DNA from: an uncultured Holophagales bacterium
GTDB lineage: Bacteria; Acidobacteriota; Thermoanaerobaculia; Multivoradales; UBA5704
DNA: 64,000 nt
Reading direction: 5' to 3'
Assembly: GCA_963741305.1 (NCBI GenBank)
Contig: CAVUHL010000003.1
Span: 1,434,260 to 1,498,259 of the forward strand
Under the pieces are notes generated by a model. The model ran no database searches and was not told the DNA's origin. It was given only the letters and a program-made list of their open reading frames with translations. Shown piece after piece: positions 40,133 through 48,680 of the stretch. Each line of letters starts with the position of its first letter. Position 1 is the first letter of the stretch. Position numbers and translations under genes: made by a program.

Positions 40133-41821
40133 TCAGTTCTTTTTCCAGCCCGTCCAACCCGGTCCCCGAACCACCCGTCCCGGCTTGGCGCCCGTGTGCT
40201 CGCCATCCTTGAGCACCTGCACGCCGTTGACCCAGACGTGGCGGACGCCCGTCGAGTACTGGTGCGGCTTTTCATAGGTGGCGTGGTCCTGCACCTTGGC
40301 CGGATCGAACACGGCGAGGTCCGCGAAAAACCCTTCCTTGAGCGTGCCACGCTCGCGGATCTTCAGGTTCTCGGCGGGCAGGGAGGTGAGCTTGCGCACG
40401 GCTTCTTCCAAGGGGATCACCTTCTCGTCGCGCACGTACTTGCCGAGCATGCGGGCGAAGTTGCCGTAGGCCCGCGGGTGCGGGTTGGACTTGAGGAAGG
40501 GGCCCTCGGGTGCCAGCGCTTCGCCGTCGGAGCCAAAGCTCATGTAGGGGAGCGCGACCTGGCGCTTGACGTTCTCCTCGGACATCACGAAGTAGATCGT
40601 TCCCACCCGGCTGTCGTCCTCGATGACCAGGTCCATGGCGGTCTCCTCGGGCGACTTGCCGCGCATCTTGGCGATCTCAGCGAGGGACTTGCCCGTGAGC
40701 GGCTTGAGCTTGTCGTTCTTGAAGGCCACCAGCAGGGTGTTCTCCGGCCCCGCGGCAAGAAAAAGGTTTTCCCACTCGTTGGTCGGGGTGGACATTTCCT
40801 TCTTCAGGCGCTCGCGGATGGCGGGGTCCTGCATGCGCTCTTTCCAGGCCTTGAGGCCGCCTTCCTGGACCCACGGCGGCATGGCGGCGTCGAGCCCGGT
40901 CGCGCCGGCCGTGTAGGTGTACATGTCCGTGGTGATCCGCATGCCGTTGGCGCGTGCCTTCTCGATCTTCTCGAGCACCTGGTCGAGCTTGCCCCAGTTC
41001 TGTTTGCCGGCTGCCTTGAGGTGGTAGATCTCGGCCGGGATCCGCGCCCGCCGCGAGATGTCGATGAGCTCGTCCACGGCTTCGAGCAGGCGGTTGCCTT
41101 CGCTGCGCATGTGGGAGATGTACATGCCGCCGTACGGGGAGGCCTCCTGGCACAGGGCCACGAGCTCCTCGGTGCCGGCGTAGAAGGCGGGCGCGTAGAT
41201 CAGGGAGGAGCCCACGCCCAGGGCGCCCTCTTCCATGGCCTGCCGCACCAGGGCCCGCATGCGCTGCAGCTCGTCGGGCGTGGGGGGCCGGTTCTCGTAG
41301 CCCAGCTCGTGGACGCGCACGGTGGTCGCTCCCACGAAGCTGGCCACGTTCGGCGAGGTCCCGCGCTTTTCCAGGTGCTCCAGGTACTCGCCGAGGGTGG
41401 TCCAGGTGATGGGAAACTTGATGTCCCCCTGCTGCTCGACGTACTCCTTCTTCATGGCCTCGTTGAGCGGTCCCATGGACCAGCCCTCGCCCATGACTTC
41501 CAGGGTCACGCCCTGCCGGATGTCGCTCTGGCCGCGCCCGTCGTGGATCAGGGAGTCGGTGGCCCAGCTCAGCATGTTGATGAAGCCGGGCGCCACGGCC
41601 AGGCCTTTGACGTCGACCTCGCTCTTGCCTGTGGCTTTGCCCAGGTCTCCGACCTTGGCGATGCGGTCGCCCTTGATGGCGACGTCGCCCACGTAGGGCT
41701 TACCGCCGCTGCCGTCGTAAATCGTGCCGCCGCGGAGGATCACGTCGTACTCTTCAGCGGCGAGGGGGAGGGCGAAAAGGACCAAGGCGAGAGATAGGCG
41801 GCTTAAGAGGCGGATTGTCAT
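40133..41821 (-). CDS. D-aminoacylase (N-acyl-D-amino-acid deacylase), amidohydrolase family, secreted
   Basis: Signal peptide; YDVILRGGTIYDGSG...VAIKGDRIAKVG...GLAVAPGFINMLSW metal-binding HxH-type start and overall length typical of D-aminoacylases. Confidence 0.8.
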   Translation of the reverse strand: MTIRLLSRLSLALVLFALPLAAEEYDVILRGGTIYDGSGGKPYVGDVAIKGDRIAKVGDLGKATGKSEVDVKGLAVAPGFINMLSWATDSLIHDGRGQSDIRQGVTLEVMGEGWSMGPLNEAMKKEYVEQQGDIKFPITWTTLGEYLEHLEKRGTSPNVASFVGATTVRVHELGYENRPPTPDELQRMRALVRQAMEEGALGVGSSLIYAPAFYAGTEELVALCQEASPYGGMYISHMRSEGNRLLEAVDELIDISRRARIPAEIYHLKAAGKQNWGKLDQVLEKIEKARANGMRITTDMYTYTAGATGLDAAMPPWVQEGGLKAWKERMQDPAIRERLKKEMSTPTNEWENLFLAAGPENTLLVAFKNDKLKPLTGKSLAEIAKMRGKSPEETAMDLVIEDDSRVGTIYFVMSEENVKRQVALPYMSFGSDGEALAPEGPFLKSNPHPRAYGNFARMLGKYVRDEKVIPLEEAVRKLTSLPAENLKIRERGTLKEGFFADLAVFDPAKVQDHATYEKPHQYSTGVRHVWVNGVQVLKDGEHTGAKPGRVVRGPGWTGWKKN

Positions 41822-41830
41822 CCGCGGAGC

Positions 41831-43654
41831 TTACCACTCGCCGGAAAGGGGGATGCGGCCTGCCGCGGGCGGGCCGAAATGGATTTCCCAGTCGGCTGGG
41901 CCCTGGTCGAAGGCGTCCTTGAGGAGGAACACGGAGGTGGCGGGGATGTAGAGGCCAATGCCGTCCTTGCCGTCACCGTCCCAATCGCCGGCGATCGGAA
42001 TCCAGCCGGCCTTGGGCAGGCCGAAGCGGACGAAGATGTCCGCGTCTCCACTCATGAGCTGGTTCTTCAGACGGAAGGCGCCCCGGGCCGGATCGTAGAA
42101 GCCGGCGCTGTCCCGGCCGTCACCATCCCAATCGCCCGTGACCGGCAGCAAGCGGCTGTGCGGCGGGCCGAAGCGGAAGGAGAGCTCGGTCCCATCCCCC
42201 TGCATCCGAAAGGTCGAGGTGGCGCGCTCGTAAAAGCCGACCGTGTCCCGGCCGTCGCCGTCCCAGTCGCCGGTCAGGGGCACCGCTCCCTGCTTCGTCG
42301 ATTTCCGCGCATCGTACAGCTTGACCGTGGTGCGTCCATCGCCGTCCCAGTCGCCCGCGAGCGGGAGCCAGCCTTTTCCTGGGAGGCCCATCTTCACGGT
42401 GCGGTCCTCGGGTCCGGAGAGGTGGAGGTCTTTGACCAGGAGGCGCGCGGCAGAGGGCTCATAGAGCGCCACCGTATCGACCGGGTGAGCCGGGGCGAGG
42501 CGGAGCAGGCGGCCGGCCAGGGTGGTCAAGACCAGCTCGCCGTGCGAGTCCTCCCCGAAGGAGGTGACGTAATCGGCCCGCACTGGCAGCTCGCGCACCT
42601 GCCATTGATCGGATTTCCGCTCCGCTGCCCAGAGCTGGCCATTGCAAGTGTCACCGAAGATGTAGGCCCCGTGGAGGTGGGGGAGGGCGGTGCCGCGGTA
42701 CACATAGCCGCCCGTGATCGAGTAGCACGGGTCGTCCTCGTGGGCGTACTCCAGGATTGGAGAGGTGTAGAGCGGCGAGTCGCAGGGGGGCGTGTCCTCG
42801 GGGCAGCCTTCGGAGGTGTAGCAGACGGTCCCCTCGAGGACGTTCCAGCCGTAGTTGCGCCCTCCGGGGCTCCCCGCCGGCTCGAAGTCGATCTCCTCCC
42901 GCAGCTCTTCCCCTACGTCGCCGATGTAGAGGTCGCCGGTCTGCCGGTCGAAGGAGAAGCGCCAGGGGTTGCGCAGGCCCGTGGCCCAGACTTCCTCCCT
43001 CATGGATGTACTGCCGCGGAAGGGATTGCTGGGCGGGATGGCATACGGGGATCCGGAGTCCACGTCGAGGCGCAGGATCTTGCCGAACAGCGTCGCGCCT
43101 TGCTGGGCAAAGCACATCGGATCGCCGCCTACATGCCCTTCGCTGCCGCCGTCTCCGATGCTGGCATAGAGGTAGCCGTCCGGCCCGAACTGGAGCTGCC
43201 CGCCGTTGTGCTCCTGGTAGGTCTTGGGAACGCGGAGCAGGATCTCGCCGCTCGCGGGGTCGGCCCGGTTGGGATCGGGGGACACCCGGTAGCGGGCGAT
43301 GACCACCGCGCCTTCGAGGTCCGTGTAGCAGACGAAGAAGAGGCCGTTGTGCCCATAGTCCGGATGGAAGGCAAGGCTCAGGAGGCCGCGCTCGCCGCCG
43401 GTGCTGACCAGGGCTTGGAGGTCCAGGAAGGGCTCGGAGCGGAGCGCGCCTCCGGAGAAGACATGGATCACGCCCTTCTGCTGTGTAAGAAAGAGACGAT
43501 CATCATCAGCGCTCGTGACCGAGGTGAGCCGGAACAGGTCGGTGCCCAGGTCGATCAATGCTGCAGCCGGCGGCGGCCCCACCGGCTGGAAGACCGCCGC
43601 CGTGGAAGTTAGAGGCAAAAGCCAGAGCAGCGCCGCAGCGCAGAGCTTACCCAT
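41831..43654 (-). CDS. PQQ-dependent sugar dehydrogenase (soluble glucose/sorbosone dehydrogenase beta-propeller) with C-terminal FG-GAP/VCBS-like GDWDGDG repeats
   Basis: Signal peptide; GSDH-like segment (RGLLSLAFHPDYGHNGLFFVCYTD, HNGGQLQFGPDGYLYASIGDGG); four GDWDGDG repeats at C-terminus. Confidence 0.7.
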   Translation of the reverse strand: MGKLCAAALLWLLPLTSTAAVFQPVGPPPAAALIDLGTDLFRLTSVTSADDDRLFLTQQKGVIHVFSGGALRSEPFLDLQALVSTGGERGLLSLAFHPDYGHNGLFFVCYTDLEGAVVIARYRVSPDPNRADPASGEILLRVPKTYQEHNGGQLQFGPDGYLYASIGDGGSEGHVGGDPMCFAQQGATLFGKILRLDVDSGSPYAIPPSNPFRGSTSMREEVWATGLRNPWRFSFDRQTGDLYIGDVGEELREEIDFEPAGSPGGRNYGWNVLEGTVCYTSEGCPEDTPPCDSPLYTSPILEYAHEDDPCYSITGGYVYRGTALPHLHGAYIFGDTCNGQLWAAERKSDQWQVRELPVRADYVTSFGEDSHGELVLTTLAGRLLRLAPAHPVDTVALYEPSAARLLVKDLHLSGPEDRTVKMGLPGKGWLPLAGDWDGDGRTTVKLYDARKSTKQGAVPLTGDWDGDGRDTVGFYERATSTFRMQGDGTELSFRFGPPHSRLLPVTGDWDGDGRDSAGFYDPARGAFRLKNQLMSGDADIFVRFGLPKAGWIPIAGDWDGDGKDGIGLYIPATSVFLLKDAFDQGPADWEIHFGPPAAGRIPLSGEW

Positions 43655-43682
43655 ACGGATGCTGAATTTATAAGCAATTCTC

Positions 43683-45604
43683 TCACCAGGGGAAGCTGCC
43701 GAAGGCTTTCTCTTTTGGCCATAGCTCGTCGAGGGTGTCCGCCTCGTAGAGCCGGCCTCCCTTCATCACCCAGCGCAGGCTGGTGGTGTTGAGGATGTCC
43801 TCCAGCGGGTTCTTCTCCAGGACGAGCAGGTCGGCGAGCTTGCCGGCGGCAGCCAGCGGCGGAGCTTGCGCTGGTCCTCGGGCCTGAGGCGCGAGAGGAA
43901 GAGCTCCTTGTTGGCCGTCCCCGGGCCGCTGACGCCGAGGGTCGGCGAGTAGAAGTAGCCGGCCTGGCCAAGGAGAAGACCGGGTCGCCGCTGGTGAAGA
44001 CACGCGGCCCGGTCATCCCTCCGGCCTCGAGCGTCTCGGAGGAGGAGAACGTGTTCTGCGAGCCGGAGTCCGGATCGAAGGTGGTCGTCACTCCATAGGC
44101 GAGGTACGCCGCCGCCTCGTAGTTGTGCCAGGGGATGATCTCGGCCTGCCCTTCGTTGTGGTGAGCATGCATGTCGACGAAGCCCGGGATCACGGTCGTC
44201 CCGGCCGCGTCGAGGACGCGGTCCACCCCTCGGACGTCGCAGTCTCCGAGGCAGGAGATGCGTCCGTCGCGCACGACCACGGTCCCCTTCTCGATGACCT
44301 TGCGGCCCTCCAGGGTGACGAGCCGCGCTCCGGTGAGAGCGATGCTTCCCCGGGCGCGGGCTCGCGGGCTCTCCAGCCTCACGTCTCGCGCCTCCAACTT
44401 GCAGTTCGGAGGATTCCTGCAGAGGTAGAACCGGTCGCCATCGCCAATCCCAAGGGTGGTGGAGTCGATCCAGCGCGGGGAAAGGCCGCCGTCGGTTGTG
44501 AGCCGCCGGCCGGCGAAACCCTCGGCCTCGTAGTCGAGGAACGGCGGCTTGCCATCCGGCCCGGGCTGCGGGAAGGCATGGACGAATACCTCGTCCCCCT
44601 CTTCCCAGGCGAGCCAGCGGCCATCGGGCGAAGGGGTGACCTCGTCGGCGTTGCGGAAGGCCGCATGCACCCGCCGATCGCCGCCATTGCGGTCGACCGA
44701 CACCAGGTCGGTGAGGAACCAGCCCTCCTCTTCACGGTGCTCGGGGAAGTAGATCCTTCCCTCGGGGCCGAACGAGGGGCGGACGATCTCGCGCCGGTGG
44801 CTGTAGGGCTCGTAGACGAACCGCGGCCGGCTGACTTTGGTTAGAAGACGGGGTTTTCCTCCATCAGAAGGGAGCAGGGCGATCTCGTAGCCGGTATTGT
44901 CCGCCCAGGTGAGCGCGGAACCTTCCCGATTACCGCGAACGATCAGCAGCTCGCGGCCATCGGGGGTCCAGACCGGGTGCAGGTACGGCCGTCCAGCAGG
45001 TCGCCGCGGATTTCATTGGAGTCTTCGAGCGGAGTCAGGGCCTGGTAATAAAGATAGCGGCGTCCCGGGAAGGGGAGGGCCACTCCACCGTCCCCTCCAC
45101 CAGCAGCTCCTCTTTTGCGTCTTTCGCGTCGGGACCGTCGAGCGGGATCCGGAACAGGCCATCCCCGCGCTTGGCAAAGAGGTGCTTGCCGTCGGTGCTC
45201 CAGGCAGGCTGGAGGAGGCGGTATCGGGGATCGGTGGGGACCCGCCGGGGGGCCGAGCCGTCCGCGTTCATGATCCAGAGGTGGGGATGGCCGGCGCGGT
45301 CGGAGACGAAGGCGATGCGCTTGCCGTCCGGGGAGAAGCGGGGATGGATGTTGAGCGCCACTCCGCTCGACTGAGTCAGGCACTCGGCCTCGCCTCCGGA
45401 GGCCGGAAGGCGGTAGACGTGGCCAAGCAGGTCGAAGACGATCCACTTGCCATCCGGGGATAGGTCGAGGGACATCCAGGTCCCTTCGCGGGTGGTGAAG
45501 TCGATCTTCCGGACCTTGCCGCGGGGCTGAGACACGTCCCAGGGCGATTCCGCCATTGCTGGGGCTGCAAGCAGGGCAATCAGGGCGAGCGCTTTCAAGG
45601 TCAT
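43683..45604 (-). pseudogene. amidohydrolase with N-terminal TolB-like beta-propeller, disrupted by at least four frameshifts
   Basis: Protein-like translation continues across four reading frames (45035-45604 ...EELLVEGTVEWPSP | FPGRRYLYYQALTPLEDSNEIRGDLLDG | RPYLHPVWTPDGRELLIV...GFVDMHAHHNEG...VFTSGDPVFS | GQAGYFYSPTLGVSGPGTANKELFLSRLRPEDQRKL | AAAGKLADLLVLEKNPLEDI...); signal peptide present. Confidence 0.55.
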
Positions 45605-45624
45605 CTGCTAAAGTCTCCCCATCG

Positions 45625-46440
45625 ATGAGAAAGATCGTCCTGATCGCTCTCGGGATTTTGGCCGCCTTCCTATTACTCCTGAACATGCTCGACGGTTTCG
45701 TTCGTCAATCCATCTATCCGGCCCCTCGGGTGAGGGTGCCTCCGGCTCCGGCGCCGCTGGAAGAGGTGGTCTTCGACCTCGCCACGGGTGAGCGGATCGT
45801 GGCCTGGGCCCACTCCGATCCGGCGCTGCCGCCCGGCCGGCCGGCGGTGGTTTTCTTCCATGGCAACGGGGAGAACCTGGAGACGATGAGGATGTCCGGG
45901 ACCTTCGACGAGCTCGCCCGGCTGCGGGTCGCCTGGATCGCCGTGGATTACCCGGGCTACGGCCGTTCCACCGGAGACCCATCCGAACAGGGGGTGATGG
46001 CGGGAGCTGACGCCGCGGTCGCTTGGCTGAGGGAGCGTCACCCCAGCCGGCCGCTGGTCCTCTGCGGCTGGTCGCTCGGCGCGGCAACGGCCATCGGCAC
46101 GGCGGCGCGGCATCCGGAGGAGCACATCCGCGGACTGATCGCCCTGAGCCCGTGGACCTCGCTGCCCGACGTGGCCCGCATCCACTTCCCCGGCATCATG
46201 GTCAAGTCGATCCTGAAGGAGAAGTACGACTCCCGGGCCGCGGCGAAGAAGGTCCGGGTGCCCTCTCTGGTGATCCACGGCGAGCTGGACAACCTGATCC
46301 CGGCGGAGCAGGGCAAGGAGGTCGCCGCCGCTCTCTCGGCGCGGTGGGTGCCTGTCCCCTCGGCCGGGCACAACGATCTGCTGGCCAAGGACGAGGTGTG
46401 GATGGAGATGGAGCGGTTTTTGGATGGGTTGGTGAAGTAG
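45625..46440 (+). CDS. alpha/beta-fold hydrolase
   Basis: N-terminal TM/signal, GWSLG nucleophile elbow, HG oxyanion motif (VVFFHGNGEN), C-terminal D/H. Confidence 0.7.
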   Translation: MRKIVLIALGILAAFLLLLNMLDGFVRQSIYPAPRVRVPPAPAPLEEVVFDLATGERIVAWAHSDPALPPGRPAVVFFHGNGENLETMRMSGTFDELARLRVAWIAVDYPGYGRSTGDPSEQGVMAGADAAVAWLRERHPSRPLVLCGWSLGAATAIGTAARHPEEHIRGLIALSPWTSLPDVARIHFPGIMVKSILKEKYDSRAAAKKVRVPSLVIHGELDNLIPAEQGKEVAAALSARWVPVPSAGHNDLLAKDEVWMEMERFLDGLVK

Positions 46441-46653
46441 CCCTCACCCCCGACCCCTCTCCCGGCCGCACACCCGGACCCCCGGGAGAGGGGAGGCCTC
46501 GAGATCCACCGGCGTCGCCATCCGTGGCTTGTAGCAGGGGATAACCTGGTTCACCAGCCACGTATGGCCACGTATGGCGATGACGCTGGATCTTGCGCGC
46601 CCCCCTCTCCCGGGGGTCCGGGTGTGCGGCTGGGAGAGGGGCTGGGGGTGAGG
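46441..46653. mobile_element. MITE-like element copy A (about 210 bp, 53-bp terminal inverted repeats)
   Basis: Left arm ccctcacccccgacccctctcccggccgcacacccggacccccgggagaggggag, right arm cccctctcccgggggtccgggtgtgcggctgggagaggggctgggggtgaggg; internal about 100 bp bounded by gagatccac / ggatct. Confidence 0.75.
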
Positions 46654-46656
46654 GTT

Positions 46657-47373
46657 TTACCCAACCAGCCGTAGCCCCGCCCGCACATACTCCCGCACCC
46701 GCTCCGAATCCAACCGGTCTTCCTCATCCCGCAGACAGGTCTCCGCGTCGAAGCTCAGCTCCGGGAACTCGGCGAGCAGAGGCTCGAGAAGGTGGAGGTT
46801 CGAGGCGCTCAGCCCTCCAGCCACGCCGAGCCCGAGCCCCGTGTCCGCCAAGGCGCGCAGGAAGGGGAGGAGGGCCGCGGGATCGAGCGGGCGGCCCTGG
46901 CCTCCGCTCGCGTCGAGGAGGAGATCATCGGCCAGGCCGGCGATCTCCCTCGCACGGCGGGCGGCTTCTTCCGGCGGGCCCGCCAGCATGCCGGCGTCCA
47001 TCTGGATCACGATCCGCAGCCCTCGGAGGGCCTCAAGATCGTCCCGCGAAGGCCAGACCCCGTTGATCTGGAAGCCGTGGAGGTTCGGCCCGCATCTCTC
47101 GGCCACAGCGGCGAGCTGGCGGCCGAGCGTGGCGGGCTCGTCGGTGTAGTAGTGGACGAGGTTGAGGGCGATCGGATGGTCCGGGAAGATCTCCGGGATC
47201 GCCTCCACCGTAGGAAGGCGCCTGGGGCTCCTCTCCGGCAGGCCCGCGCAGGTCCGCCGGCTCGCGAGCACGCCCACCATGAGGAGACGGCGCGAGGTGA
47301 GAGGGACGAGAGCGAGGGCCTCGCTCACCTGGGCCGCGGTGGTGAAGCCCGTCACTCCGATGTAGGGACTCAT
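46657..47373 (-). CDS. hypothetical protein, possibly phosphoribosylanthranilate-isomerase-like TIM barrel; last gene of cytochrome operon
   Basis: 238 aa; MSPYIGVTGF... N-terminus and Gly-rich phosphate-binding-like C-terminus; 4-nt overlap with upstream gene. Confidence 0.35.
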   Translation of the reverse strand: MSPYIGVTGFTTAAQVSEALALVPLTSRRLLMVGVLASRRTCAGLPERSPRRLPTVEAIPEIFPDHPIALNLVHYYTDEPATLGRQLAAVAERCGPNLHGFQINGVWPSRDDLEALRGLRIVIQMDAGMLAGPPEEAARRAREIAGLADDLLLDASGGQGRPLDPAALLPFLRALADTGLGLGVAGGLSASNLHLLEPLLAEFPELSFDAETCLRDEEDRLDSERVREYVRAGLRLVG

Positions 47374-48680
47374 GAACCTCCGAAGCGCACGCCGAGCTTC
47401 TTGAGGAAGTCGAACGGGGGGACGCCGCCGGCGAAGACGAAGACCCAGTCGTTGGGGAGCTCGACCTCCTGCTCCTTGACCTTGAGCTTGACGCGGCCGG
47501 GGCCGATCTCGACCGGCTGCGAGCCGAAGAGCGGCTTGACCTTGCCGGCGGCGAGGAGCGCGTCAAGGGCGTCCTGGTTCTTCTTCTTGAGCCGCACGAG
47601 CTTGTCCCGGCGATAGGAGAGGGTCACCACGTTTCCTGTCTGGCAGCTCAGGCCGATGGCGGCTTCCGCGGCGCTGTCCCCGCCTCCCACCACCAGGATT
47701 TTCTGTCCCCGGTACCCCTCGGCATCGATGAGACGATACATCACCTTCGACAGCTCCTCTCCGGGCACTCCGAGCTTGCGCGGCGTGCCGCGGCGGCCCA
47801 GGGCGAGCACGACCGCCCGCGTCCGGACTTCCTCCCCGCGCGCCGTGCGCAGGGTAAATATACCGTCCTCCTCTCTTTGCACTTCCCTCCGGATGTCAAT
47901 AACCGCCTCGCCGAAGCGCACATCCAGAGTGTGGTCGCGGACCAGCCCTTCGAAGAGATCGAGGAGGACTTCCTTGCTGTACTCCTCCCGGTCCAGCGCT
48001 CCCCAGGGCGGAAGCTCGACCTTTTGAGTGAGGACCATCTTGCGCCGCGGGTAATGGAGGAGGCTCCCGCCGAGAGTCTCCTCGCGCTCGAAGACGGCGT
48101 AGGAGAGGCCGGAGGTCGCGGCGGTGAGGCCGGCGCTCAGCCCGGCTGGTCCGGCTCCGACGATCGCGACATCCAGGATGCCGGGCGTCTTCTCGGTCCG
48201 TGGCAGATGCTCGATAACCCGGCGTCCCTGGAAAGCCGCGTTGCGGACGAGGGAGAGGCCGCCTAGCTCGCCTACGATGTAGATACCGGAGACGGTGGTC
48301 TGGTAATGATCGTCGAGGAGGGGAACGTCCTCCCTCGATTTGAGGTCGCCGAGGCCGACCTGGATGGCGCCGACCGGGCAGGCTTCTTCGCAGCGGCCAT
48401 GCCCCACACAGCGCAGGCCATTGACCACCACCGCCGTGCCCCCTACGACTCCGAGCACATCCCCCTCAGGGCAGGCTTTGACGCAGGCTCCGCAGCCGAT
48501 GCAGCGGCTCGGATCGATGTAGGGGAACTGGGCCGCGGGCTTGTCGATGCCCAGGGCCGCGGCTTCCTCCTTGCGCTCGCGGTCCAGCTTCACCCGCCGA
48601 CGGAAACGGAGCAGGTAGGGGAGGACGATCAGGCCCGCGATCAGGAGGGCCGCGCCCCAGACGAGGACCGGCTCCGTCAA
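47370..48680 (-). CDS. membrane-anchored FAD/NAD(P)-binding oxidoreductase with 4Fe-4S dicluster ferredoxin domain
   Basis: Probable TTG start overlapping upstream stop; N-terminal TM; two CxxCxxCxxxCP motifs (CIGCGACVKACPEG, CVGHGRCEEACPVG); GxGxxG dinucleotide motifs (VAIVGAGPAG, ILVVGGGDSAAE). Confidence 0.7.
   Translation of the reverse strand: MTEPVLVWGAALLIAGLIVLPYLLRFRRRVKLDRERKEEAAALGIDKPAAQFPYIDPSRCIGCGACVKACPEGDVLGVVGGTAVVVNGLRCVGHGRCEEACPVGAIQVGLGDLKSREDVPLLDDHYQTTVSGIYIVGELGGLSLVRNAAFQGRRVIEHLPRTEKTPGILDVAIVGAGPAGLSAGLTAATSGLSYAVFEREETLGGSLLHYPRRKMVLTQKVELPPWGALDREEYSKEVLLDLFEGLVRDHTLDVRFGEAVIDIRREVQREEDGIFTLRTARGEEVRTRAVVLALGRRGTPRKLGVPGEELSKVMYRLIDAEGYRGQKILVVGGGDSAAEAAIGLSCQTGNVVTLSYRRDKLVRLKKKNQDALDALLAAGKVKPLFGSQPVEIGPGRVKLKVKEQEVELPNDWVFVFAGGVPPFDFLKKLGVRFGGS

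Noticed and set aside
39828-41797. Plus-strand ORFs 39828-40277 and 39932-41797 (621 aa) spanning the 21-bp array and antisense to D-aminoacylase
   Set aside because: The first is a translation of the tandem array (repetitive SRVAS...); the second is antisense to a gene with a clear amidohydrolase signature.
41879-43612. 577-aa plus-strand ORF antisense to the PQQ-dehydrogenase gene
   Set aside because: Antisense GC artefact; the minus-strand product has signal peptide and recognisable GSDH and FG-GAP features.
46023-46561. ORFs 46023-46544 plus and 46202-46561 minus reading across MITE copy A; similarly 53768-54085, 55221-55667, 55315-55635, 55422-55736 across copies B and C
   Set aside because: They translate the shared inverted-repeat arms (recurrent peptide PHPRPLSRPHTRTPGRGE); a conserved nucleotide repeat, not a protein family.
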